This document shows, piece after piece, positions 1-8,073 of a stretch of 32,000 nucleotides of DNA. Source of the DNA: Candidatus Heimdallarchaeota archaeon (lineage in GTDB: Archaea; Asgardarchaeota; Heimdallarchaeia; JABLTI01); NCBI GenBank assembly GCA_030629105.1, contig DAOVPS010000008.1, forward strand, positions 1 to 32,000, in the 5' to 3' direction. A model generated the notes under the pieces. It was not told the DNA's origin and ran no database searches. It saw nothing but the letters and a program-made list of their open reading frames with translations. The position numbers and the translations under genes were made by a program. Positions within the stretch are counted from its first letter, which is position 1. Each line of letters begins with the position of its first letter.

Positions 1-233
1 CCAAAAGATGAGTTGCCAATCATATTCAAATAATGAGCTCGAATTGCTAAATCGTCTTCCCAGAAAAGCAAGTCAAGATCAACAGGAAATGTGTCTAAAA
101 CAACCAGACTGTTAGTAGTTAATTCATGATTTATAGGTTCAATTGAACCATTTACAAATTCACTAACAGCAATCTGACTAGTGATAATTAATAAAACAAA
201 AAAAATAGTTGATTTTATTTTATAATTACCCAA
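1..233 (-). CDS. Secreted/exported hypothetical protein, N-terminal part (gene runs off the window start)
   Basis: Open frame on the minus strand from TTG at 233-231 to position 1 with no stop. GGGTGG SD-like element lies 7 nt upstream. Translation (M)GNYKIKSTIFFVLLIITSQIAVSEF... looks like a signal peptide. Not in the ORF track because it is truncated by the window edge. Confidence 0.35.
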   Translation of the reverse strand, partial: MGNYKIKSTIFFVLLIITSQIAVSEFVNGSIEPINHELTTNSLVVLDTFPVDLDLLFWEDDLAIRAHYLNMIGNSSF

Positions 234-458
234 TATAATACCACCCTATACTAATTATAATTCCACGTTTTTTCTTTATAAACGAATTGTTGTAGATAAA
301 AAAGAAGAGAGTAATTATAGTCATGTTTTGTAAGAAAGATATTTTTTAAGCAATGAAATATATTAGTTATCTATAACAGCTTTCTAAGAGGTAGATAAAT
401 TAATATTTTGATGTTTAAATGGACGTTTTATCATCTAACTGGTTTCGAGGAAAGTGTT

Positions 459-926
459 ATGGTCAAAGGGAAATTCATGGTAGCAGTTGCAGCAATTCTT
501 GAGAATCAGAAAGATGAGATTCTGCTTATAAAAAGAAGTTCTCATATGGAATATCCAGATTGCTGGGAAGATATAGGTGGACGGTTAAATCCATCCGAAT
601 CCCCTGAAGAAGGACTGAGAAGAGAAATTTTTGAAGAAACTGGAATAAAGGACATTGAGATTGTGAAACCACTAACGATGTTTCATGTCTTTAGGAAAAA
701 TGAGGAAAAAGCTGAAAATGAATTAATCGGAATCTCCTATTGGTGTAAAACAAAAACATCTAAGGTAAAATTGTCTGATGAACACACGGATTATAAATGG
801 GTTACACCAGAAAATGCTTTGGAGCTTACTGGTCATCCAGCATTAAAACGATATCTTAAGATTCAGATGCAAGAAAAACAACTTGTAGAAAGAATTACTT
901 TTCATGAATCACAGGAGGATGAATAA
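459..926 (+). CDS. Nudix hydrolase (paralog 1)
   Basis: Nudix box GRLNPSESPEEGLRREIFEETGI fits G-x5-E-x7-REUxEExGU. ATG at 459 is preceded by GAGGA 8 nt upstream, so the track start at 408 (TTG) is probably too long. Stop is TAA. Confidence 0.85.
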   Translation: MVKGKFMVAVAAILENQKDEILLIKRSSHMEYPDCWEDIGGRLNPSESPEEGLRREIFEETGIKDIEIVKPLTMFHVFRKNEEKAENELIGISYWCKTKTSKVKLSDEHTDYKWVTPENALELTGHPALKRYLKIQMQEKQLVERITFHESQEDE

Positions 927-1359
927 TTTGTCAGAAGTGGTAGGTCAATTCACTTTTTGTGTGGCAGCTATTTTAGAGAATGAAGAAGGTGAAATTCTTC
1001 TAATTAAGCGAGCACCAGATAATCCTCCAGTAAATGTTTGGGATGTTGTAGGTGGGGCTGTTGAGCAATTCGAAGATCCATTTGATGGTTTAACAAGAGA
1101 AGTTGTAGAAGAAACTGGTATTACTGATTTTGAGATTGTCAAAGCACTAGATGTTTTTCATTGGTATCAAGAAGAACCAAAGTGGGATATGATAGGTTTA
1201 ACTTTTTGGTGTAAAACCAAGACAAGAGAAGTTGTTCTTTCTGATGAACATGTAGAGTATAAATGGTTAACACCAACTGATGCTATGAAAATTTCAAACC
1301 ATCAAATAGTTACAAGTAATCTTGAACAATACATTAAGGAAAAGAATAGATTAGAATAG
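904..1359 (+). CDS. Nudix hydrolase (paralog 2)
   Basis: Nudix box GAVEQFEDPFDGLTREVVEETGI. About half the residues are identical to paralog 1 by eye. Start is ambiguous (ATG 904, ATG 919 or TTG 928); AGGAGG at 913-918 favours 919/928. Overlaps or abuts the paralog 1 stop. Confidence 0.85.
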   Translation: MNHRRMNNLSEVVGQFTFCVAAILENEEGEILLIKRAPDNPPVNVWDVVGGAVEQFEDPFDGLTREVVEETGITDFEIVKALDVFHWYQEEPKWDMIGLTFWCKTKTREVVLSDEHVEYKWLTPTDAMKISNHQIVTSNLEQYIKEKNRLE

Positions 1360-1458
1360 TTATTTCAAGCAATGGTCACAATAATAGCAAATTTTACCAC
1401 TTTTGCTTTATTCTGTGACCAGAGTATATCTAGTTTAGATAATATTGGTGATTAAAAA

Positions 1459-1917
1459 ATGGCAGTTACATTAAGAGAAATTACTATAGAGAATTTCATT
1501 GAGGCAATAAAGCTAGAAGTAAAAGAGGATCAAACAAACTTCGTAGCTTCAAATGCAGCAAGTATCGCACAATCAAAATTCCACACATTTCTTGAGTGTT
1601 ATGGAATTTATGATAATGACAAAATGGTTGGATTCTCAGCTTTTGGAAAAAATCCAGAAGATGAGACAATCTGGATAGTAAGACATATGGTAGATAAAAA
1701 CTTACAGGGCAAAGGTTATGGAAAAACAGGTTTGAAAGCAGTAATAGATTTCTTACAAACAAAGTATTCTTGTTCTGAGATCTTCTTAGATGTTGTTAAA
1801 GACAATGAGATTGCAACCAATCTATATGTCAAGTCAGGATTCAAGCAAACAGGAAAGAAGAATGGGGAAAGCCCGATCTACAAATTGGATTTAGCTGAAT
1901 ATTCTGTAGACTATTAG
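1459..1917 (+). CDS. GNAT-family N-acetyltransferase
   Basis: Acetyl-CoA motif A-like LQGKGYGKTGL. Size and layout are typical of GNAT. GGTGA lies 8 nt upstream of the ATG. Confidence 0.8.
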   Translation: MAVTLREITIENFIEAIKLEVKEDQTNFVASNAASIAQSKFHTFLECYGIYDNDKMVGFSAFGKNPEDETIWIVRHMVDKNLQGKGYGKTGLKAVIDFLQTKYSCSEIFLDVVKDNEIATNLYVKSGFKQTGKKNGESPIYKLDLAEYSVDY

Positions 1918-1924
1918 AAGTAGT

Positions 1925-2255
1925 GGAGAGGAAAATAGTCCTTTTTCTGTGTCGAGGATCACCAGAAGATGAGCTCCTCTCACGGTATCAATCTACGCAC
2001 TCAACCCGCTTCTCTTGGCAATTCATCGAAGACAATTTGAGCTTGCTTCCGCGACGATGAGTCGTTTCAACACTTCTAGTACGGAAATCTCAACAGAGCA
2101 TTGCTGCAAAGTATCATAGTTAAACCGCACTCGCTTTGCGTTTCTATTCTCAGAGCCAGGTTTCCACCTGACAGCTTTCACTGCGTCGCTTGCCTGGAAG
2201 AAAGGACCTTCCTCAGTTGCTAACGAGAGCATCCGGTAACCGTTTAATCCTCTCC
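1925..2255 (-). ncRNA. rnpB: RNase P RNA (archaeal, type-A-like)
   Basis: Local GC is well above the window background. Minus-strand RNA carries GAGGAAGGUCC (plus 2204-2214; CR-I consensus GAGGAAAGUCC) and ACAGAAAAAGGACUAU near the 3' end (plus 1935-1950; compare bacterial ACAGAAcccGGCUUAU). GGUCCUUU can pair with AAAGGACU as a P4 helix. Termini GGAGAGGA/UCCUCUCC (2255-2248 / 1932-1925) pair as P1. Length is about 330 nt. Confidence 0.8.
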
Positions 2256-2353
2256 AGAGATAATATCGTCTTTGTGAGATAAATCTCTTTTGAAATAGAA
2301 ATTTATAACTAAAGCTTAAAAAGTTTCGGGAAAAATATCAATTTGTGAAACAA

Positions 2354-2908
2354 ATGACAGTGGAAGTTGAAGTAAAAATAAAAGTAGAAGATTTCGAAAC
2401 AATAGAATATAAGCTCGTAGAAGAAGGAGCATTATTTGAGGAAATCGTTAATCAACGAGATCACTACTTTCAACATCCTTCGAGAGATTTCAATGAAACA
2501 GATGAAGCATTACGCATAAGAGAGGATGGAGACAGAATTTATCTTACATATAAAGGACCAAAATTCGATCCAAAATCAAAGACAAGAATTGAGTTGAACA
2601 CTGAGATTACTCATGCAATGAATACCACTCAAATATTGGAGGAACTTGGATTTCAGAAAGTAGCTATTGTCTCTAAAGAGAGAAAAATATACCTTTACAA
2701 TGAAATGCAATTTTGCTTAGATAATGTAGAATCTGTAGGATTATACTTGGAAGTCGAGAAGGTTATTCAGAATAAAGTTCATTTTGAGAAGGAAAGAGAA
2801 TTAATATTTGAGACTTTGAAAGAAATGGGTTTGAACCCAGAAAAGAATGAAAGAAAATCATATTTGGAATTGCTGTTGGAAAAAACAGAAGCTAAAAAGA
2901 AGAGGTAA
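2354..2908 (+). CDS. CYTH-domain protein (triphosphate tunnel metalloenzyme / CyaB-like)
   Basis: N-terminal EVEVKIKV matches the ExExK signature, with further acidic/basic strands (LRIRE, YLEVE). ATG at 2354 is preferred over the GTG at 2345. Confidence 0.75.
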   Translation: MTVEVEVKIKVEDFETIEYKLVEEGALFEEIVNQRDHYFQHPSRDFNETDEALRIREDGDRIYLTYKGPKFDPKSKTRIELNTEITHAMNTTQILEELGFQKVAIVSKERKIYLYNEMQFCLDNVESVGLYLEVEKVIQNKVHFEKERELIFETLKEMGLNPEKNERKSYLELLLEKTEAKKKR

Positions 2909-2913
2909 TTTAT

Positions 2914-3174
2914 CTATCCTTCACTACTTTCACTGAAACCCTCGATATTTTGATTAAAAGCATCGATCTCTGCTAATAACCGTAAGGTCTCAAGAGCATC
3001 TTCTTCATCCACAATTGCCATTGCAAAACCAATATGAACTAAAACATAGTCGTCTAGCTTAATTTTATCTTCTAATAATGTAGATTTGACTTCTCTTCTT
3101 ACTCCACCAAAATCTACCATGATAGTATTATCATTTATTATTTCTACAACTTTTGCGGGTATTGCTAAGCACAT
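2914..3174 (-). CDS. hypC: [NiFe]-hydrogenase maturation chaperone HypC/HupF
   Basis: MCLAIPAKVVEI N-terminus (essential Cys2) and about 86 aa. The track start at 3186 adds 4 residues before the canonical MCL start. Confidence 0.85.
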   Translation of the reverse strand: MCLAIPAKVVEIINDNTIMVDFGGVRREVKSTLLEDKIKLDDYVLVHIGFAMAIVDEEDALETLRLLAEIDAFNQNIEGFSESSEG

Positions 3175-3388
3175 CGTTACATCCAATTAACGAAAAGCAT
3201 TGATGATTTTAAAAAAGCTTGTCATTCATTTTGTTATGAATTAAAATCCTAGATCATCTGAAAATGAGTTTCAGGATTTCTGAGAGTTATTTTTGTCGAT
3301 ATAATTAAGAAAAACTGAAAAATCTCCACCGCATAACCAATGCTTTTTATCTCTAAACAACCTATAGCATCTTTGAGGGTTAAATTAG

Positions 3389-3655
3389 TTGATACCTGAA
3401 GATGTTAGAAAGTCTGAAATGTTAAATGCTCAGAAGAAAATGCTTCGATTAAAAGCTGAAGAAAAGAAGAAAGGAGCTCATGAGAAATTTCAAACTGGTG
3501 ATTTTAAGGGAGCAAAACTCGATCTAGAGGACGCGAGACAATTAATTCACGAAGCTTTACAAAAAGTACGAGCTCTAGGTGAAAGAGGATTAGGTGAAAG
3601 AACTATTCAAGATGACATTGAAGCTCTGTGGCGAAAAATCTTAGATGAAGAGTAA
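3389..3655 (+). CDS. Small helical hypothetical protein (88 aa)
   Basis: ORF only. Charged and predicted all-helical. TTG start, or ATG 30 nt further in. Confidence 0.4.
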   Translation: MIPEDVRKSEMLNAQKKMLRLKAEEKKKGAHEKFQTGDFKGAKLDLEDARQLIHEALQKVRALGERGLGERTIQDDIEALWRKILDEE

Positions 3656-3743
3656 TTCGTGTATAATCAGATTAAAGAAGTATTAACATTTTAGCGTGAA
3701 ATAAGTTTAATAGAAAGATGTACAGCTTAACATATAGAGTAAG

Positions 3744-4412
3744 ATGAAAAAGAAACTATTCCTTGCCCCACATTTCGCTGACATTGCTTGGTCTTGTTCC
3801 GGTCTAATTTTAATGAATATTTCAGATTCAATTGTTGCTAATGTTTTTTCATCAAAACCTGATGATATGAATGCGAAGAAATCTTTTACTTATGATCAAG
3901 AAATGGAGCGCCATTCAGAGGAAAAATTTTTTGAGAAATTTGGTATAGAATCAGTCCAATTAGATTTTAAGGAAGCATCATCTCGTGGAAGGAAAATTGA
4001 AGAGTTCTTTTCATTAAAATTAAATGAAGAAGAAGAAAAATTGATCCTTGACTTGGCAATTAGTTTAGGCGATTTAATTGGGAAATATCGAGTCAGTGAA
4101 CTCTTTTGTCCAAAAGCTATTCGAAATCATATTGATCATTATATTGTGAAGAAATCAGTTGATAAAATAATGTCTCCCGTAGAGATTTATTATTATGAAG
4201 ATGCACCAATTTTCACAAAAGATAAATCCAAAGAAAAAATTCCAGAAAATTTAAAGGAAATAAAAATCGATATCTCATCTGTATTAGAAGAAAAGATACA
4301 AGGATTGCTTTTTTATCCAGCAACAATAAAAGCTCACTATAAATCCAAAGAATCAGTAGTTAAAGCAATCAGAGAAAATCCTTATGAATTTTATTGGCGA
4401 GTTATCGAATAA
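3744..4412 (+). CDS. PIG-L/LmbE-family deacetylase-like protein with a variant active-site motif
   Basis: LFLAPHFADIAWSCSG aligns by eye to the family N-terminal motif (AHPDDexxgcGG). A second motif NHIDH and a YYYED segment sit at the expected spacing. Confidence 0.5.
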   Translation: MKKKLFLAPHFADIAWSCSGLILMNISDSIVANVFSSKPDDMNAKKSFTYDQEMERHSEEKFFEKFGIESVQLDFKEASSRGRKIEEFFSLKLNEEEEKLILDLAISLGDLIGKYRVSELFCPKAIRNHIDHYIVKKSVDKIMSPVEIYYYEDAPIFTKDKSKEKIPENLKEIKIDISSVLEEKIQGLLFYPATIKAHYKSKESVVKAIRENPYEFYWRVIE

Positions 4413-4477
4413 TTAAAATCACAAAGATTGAGTAATTTCTATAATTCATTATTAATCGCTAAACGTGGGAAGCTTTC

Positions 4478-5542
4478 ATGACCCTATGTATAAAGACATC
4501 GAAGAAAGATGGAGAGTTAATTAGAAAATTCCTCCATGATAAGGAATTACTAGAGCCCACACTGAAAATAAAGAGTATTGATAATGACTTGATTATTCCT
4601 TTGAGTAGGCAATTAACAAAAGACGAATTGGGAGAGTTAGAGGAATTACAAGTAATTCATTCCATAATTAATTATGATCAACTGGAAAACGCAAGGACTC
4701 ACCCAAACTCCCACTTGGAAATTCTGCAAGAAATATTAACTGAAGATGAATTCGTATTGGCTCCAAGAAGTTTTGATACTATAGGGGATATTGTAGTTAT
4801 TGAAATTGCAGAACCGCTTTGGGAGAAGAAGAATTTAATTGGTAAGTCAATTTTAGATGTTCATACAAGTATTAAATCAGTATACGTAAAAACTGGAAAA
4901 ATCACTGGAGTTAACAGGATTAGACCTATTGAGTTTCTTGTAGGTGAAGAGAAAACTAGAACAATTTACAAAGAACATGGATCAAGATTAGTTGTAGATA
5001 TCGCAAAAGCATATTTTAGTCCTAGACTAAGTGAGGAGCATAATCGAATTGCTACACAAGTTAAGTCTGACGAGGTGATTGTCGATCTCTTTTGTGGTGT
5101 TGGACCTTTTGTAATTCCAATAGCTAAGAACACGAATGCTACACTTTATGCTATTGATATAAATCCTGAAGCAATTAATTTACTACAAGAAAACATCAAA
5201 CTGAATAAACTAGTAGGGGAAGTTAAACCAATTTGTGGTGACAGTAGAGTAGTTGTGAAGGAACAGAACCTCACTAATATTGCAGATAGAGTAATTATGA
5301 ATCTTCCAGGTTATGCTATTGAGTTCATTGATGTGGCTTGTGATGTGTTGAAGAAATCAGGAGGAATAATTCATTTCTTTGAATTTGTTAAAGATGAACA
5401 TCCTGAAGAGATTATTGTCGCTGATCTGACTAGAGAAATTCAAAAGAATAATAGAGAAATTAAAGAAATACTACAAGTCAAACGTGTTCGTATGTCTGCA
5501 CCAAGACAATGGCAAATGGTTGTTGATGCTTTTATCATATGA
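4478..5542 (+). CDS. trm5: tRNA (guanine37-N1)-methyltransferase, Trm5/Tyw2 (Met-10+) family
   Basis: FSPRLSEEHNRIA, SAM motif DLFCGVGPFVIPIAK, and VIMNLP. Confidence 0.8.
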   Translation: MTLCIKTSKKDGELIRKFLHDKELLEPTLKIKSIDNDLIIPLSRQLTKDELGELEELQVIHSIINYDQLENARTHPNSHLEILQEILTEDEFVLAPRSFDTIGDIVVIEIAEPLWEKKNLIGKSILDVHTSIKSVYVKTGKITGVNRIRPIEFLVGEEKTRTIYKEHGSRLVVDIAKAYFSPRLSEEHNRIATQVKSDEVIVDLFCGVGPFVIPIAKNTNATLYAIDINPEAINLLQENIKLNKLVGEVKPICGDSRVVVKEQNLTNIADRVIMNLPGYAIEFIDVACDVLKKSGGIIHFFEFVKDEHPEEIIVADLTREIQKNNREIKEILQVKRVRMSAPRQWQMVVDAFII

Positions 5543-5561
5543 AAATGAAGTTGTGTGTTAG

Positions 5562-6395
5562 ATGATTACTGTTGAAATCATTTGTTTTGGAAATGAGCTT
5601 TTAATTGGAAAAACTGTTAATACAAACGCAAATTGGCTCGGAAAAAGAATTTCAACGCTTGGTGGGCTCGTCTCGAGAATAACTACTATTGCAGATAACC
5701 TCAAAGAAATGGAACAAGCGATAAGAGAAGGAGTTAACAGACAACCAGACATTATAATTACTTCTGGTGGTTTGGGACCAACGTTCGATGATGTCGCATT
5801 AGAAGCAGTAGCATTAGCAGCGGATAAAAAATTAGAGCTCAATCCAGATGCACTTGAATTAATAAAACAACGAATTCTGAATCTAAAGAAGCAAAGAGAT
5901 ATTGAGTTACATTTATCTGAAGAAAGAAAAAGAATGGCTATGCTTCCTGAAGGAGCTATTCCATTACAAAACAGAGAGGGATCAGCACCCGGCGTTTTAT
6001 TAAAAATAGAAAACACAAAGGTTTTCTCTCTTCCGGGAGTACCACGGGAAATGAAATCAATTTTTGATTTCGAAATGATCAAGTATTTTTCATCCGAAAA
6101 CAACCAGCACTTATATGAACGATCCATAATTGTAAATCATATACCAGAAAGTGAGTTGGCAGCTTCTATCAGTCCAGTGCGAGAAAAGTATCCTTCAGTA
6201 TATATCAAAACACATCCTAGGAGTTATAGTACTGCTGATACGAGAATTATAGAAGTTGAAATTCACGCAACCACTAATTGTACACAAGAAGAAGAGAAAA
6301 TACTAGTACAAGTTGAGGAAGAATTGATTAAAATCATTAAAAGTATGAGAGGAGTTAAAGGTAAGAAACCTAAAATTACGATTATTACAGAATGA
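5562..6395 (+). CDS. CinA-like molybdopterin-binding (MoCF) domain protein, short archaeal form
   Basis: EIICFGNELLIGKTVNTNANWLGKRI and TSGGLGPTFDD motifs. No C-terminal PncC deamidase domain. Confidence 0.75.
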   Translation: MITVEIICFGNELLIGKTVNTNANWLGKRISTLGGLVSRITTIADNLKEMEQAIREGVNRQPDIIITSGGLGPTFDDVALEAVALAADKKLELNPDALELIKQRILNLKKQRDIELHLSEERKRMAMLPEGAIPLQNREGSAPGVLLKIENTKVFSLPGVPREMKSIFDFEMIKYFSSENNQHLYERSIIVNHIPESELAASISPVREKYPSVYIKTHPRSYSTADTRIIEVEIHATTNCTQEEEKILVQVEEELIKIIKSMRGVKGKKPKITIITE

Positions 6396-6419
6396 AATTG
6401 TATGTGAGGTAAAATAATT

Positions 6420-7199
6420 ATGTACACAGCTTTTATAGTAGGAACTGCAGGATCAGGAAAAAGTTTTCTGACATCAACATTAGTTGATTACTTGAAATTA
6501 AACGAGATAAATGTTAATACATTAAATATGGATCCAGGAGTTCTGAGACTACCTTATGCACCAGATATAGATGTGAGAGCTTACATTGACATTAATGAAA
6601 TTATGAATGAATTTGAACTCGGACCAAATGGAGGATTAGTTGCTGCTGTAGATTTAATTACCTCACAATCTCAAGGCATTCTTGAGGAAATTAGTGATGG
6701 ATCACCAGACATTCTTCTGGTAGATACTCCTGGTCAAATGGAGTTGTTTGCTTTTCGATCAACAGGAATAATTTTTGCCAATCAAATACCTGGGATAAGA
6801 AAAGTCCTTGTCAATTTGATGGATGCAAACCTTTCTCGAACACCTTATGGATTACTAACTTCACTGATGTTGTCACTTAACGTTCAAATGAGATTCTTTT
6901 ATCCGCAACTAAATATAATATCCAAAAGTGATTTGATAGAAAATGAACAACTAGAAGAAGTACTAGATTGGATTGAAGACTCGTTTAAATTTGAGGATGG
7001 AATAAACAATAATGTAACTGGTGAAAGAAGAGAAATGGCAACGAAAATGCTACAATTAGTTGAAGAAATGCAAATGCTCCCAGAAACTTTTCCAGTAAGT
7101 GCAAAAACAAACGTGAATATCGATACTCTTTATGGTAAAATGCAATTTATTTGGCAAGGTGGAGAAGATTTCCAAGTAGATGATCGGGTTATTCGTTAA
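6420..7199 (+). CDS. GPN-loop GTPase
   Basis: Walker A GTAGSGKS, GPN loop ELGPNGG, DTPGQMELF, and SKSD. Confidence 0.85.
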   Translation: MYTAFIVGTAGSGKSFLTSTLVDYLKLNEINVNTLNMDPGVLRLPYAPDIDVRAYIDINEIMNEFELGPNGGLVAAVDLITSQSQGILEEISDGSPDILLVDTPGQMELFAFRSTGIIFANQIPGIRKVLVNLMDANLSRTPYGLLTSLMLSLNVQMRFFYPQLNIISKSDLIENEQLEEVLDWIEDSFKFEDGINNNVTGERREMATKMLQLVEEMQMLPETFPVSAKTNVNIDTLYGKMQFIWQGGEDFQVDDRVIR

Positions 7200-7214
7200 A
7201 GAACTGAAAAGAAC

Positions 7215-8048
7215 TTAGTTCATAACCACAACAGAAAGACTATCATTAGTTTCATTCAAGATTTTGCTAATTTCTTGTACATGCCCATAGCCCAAAACTA
7301 CGACAATATTGCTGTATTTCTTAATTACTTTGAGTATTTGTTTTGACATGTAGACATTACGATCTTCTAGAAGTATGGAATATAATTGAGGAAAGTTACT
7401 ATTAAAAACGGATAATATTGACTCTAATGATTCTTGATCCTTGAAAATCTCTATCACTTCATTTAGATTAATTTCTTCATCATCTTCTAGCTCATTAAAA
7501 TTTTTTAGCGGTTCGCTTAGTGGCAATTCATCCTGATTTAGTGGTTTAGCTACAATTTTTTTATCATACATGAGTTCGTCAATAAGTTGTTGGAATTTTG
7601 CAGCTTCCTCTTCGGACACTTCTTCCTTGAGAACTTTACTTATGTCTTGAATAGATCTATCAATGAGAAATATTGCTGCACCCATTTTCTTTGCTAATTT
7701 ATAAGCAATCAGCATTTCCTTACCAGGTTGGTCTGTATATGTGATACGAGCCAATTCACTCTCAAAAAAACCAATATCCTCTAAAACTGCTGCGAAATTT
7801 TGTTCATAATTGAATGGGGCTTTTTCTTCTTCAACTTCACCTTTTACATCAGACAAATCATTAGTATCTTTAACAGTTTCAAGTTTAGCAGACAATTCAG
7901 TAGTTTCATTTTCTAGTAGCGCGTTTAAACGATATTCATCTAATTCCAAACAAACAGCATCAGGTTTAACTTCTTCAAGAATTCTGGACACTTTATCTTG
8001 ACTCTCAGAATCAATATGAGTTATGCCAATTATAGTCACTTTTGCCAA
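7215..8048 (-). CDS. TraB/PrgY-family protein
   Basis: IIGITHIDSESQDKV...PDAVCLELDEYR N-terminal signature and C-terminal VVVLGYGHV. TTG start. Begins 25 nt downstream of the 403-aa ORF, so likely co-transcribed. Confidence 0.75.
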   Translation of the reverse strand: MAKVTIIGITHIDSESQDKVSRILEEVKPDAVCLELDEYRLNALLENETTELSAKLETVKDTNDLSDVKGEVEEEKAPFNYEQNFAAVLEDIGFFESELARITYTDQPGKEMLIAYKLAKKMGAAIFLIDRSIQDISKVLKEEVSEEEAAKFQQLIDELMYDKKIVAKPLNQDELPLSEPLKNFNELEDDEEINLNEVIEIFKDQESLESILSVFNSNFPQLYSILLEDRNVYMSKQILKVIKKYSNIVVVLGYGHVQEISKILNETNDSLSVVVMN

Positions 8049-8073
8049 GATATGAACACTTTCCAGAATAATT

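Noticed and set aside
2023-2232. 69-aa minus-strand ORF from the track
   Set aside because: It lies entirely inside the RNase P RNA gene. The elevated GC and absence of stops are explained by the structured RNA.
3199-3261. Box C/D sRNA candidate in the hypC / 88-aa divergent spacer (UUGAUGA ... CUGA)
   Set aside because: The C-to-D distance (~51 nt) lacks recognisable D' and C' boxes, and the flanks do not form a terminal stem. A 7-bp AAATCCT/AGGATTT inverted repeat nearby is within chance expectation for this composition.
5558-6127. 189-aa minus-strand ORF opposite the CinA-like gene
   Set aside because: The plus-strand frame carries clear CinA/MoCF motifs. The antisense ORF has no motifs and a Ser-rich composition typical of shadow ORFs. 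The same reasoning applies to the other antisense track ORFs: 945, 1496, 7810, 9158, 9783, 10924, 11426, 11598, 12606, 13226, 15609, 16255, 17720, 18011, 18141, 19144, 19666, 19948, 22920, 23891, 24528, 25312, 27488 and 29282.
6393-6422. Possible TGA (selenocysteine) readthrough joining the CinA-like gene and the GPN GTPase, which share a frame
   Set aside because: A second in-frame TGA occurs at 6405-6407 within the 24-nt spacer, the GPN gene has its own ATG, and the two proteins are complete, unrelated families.
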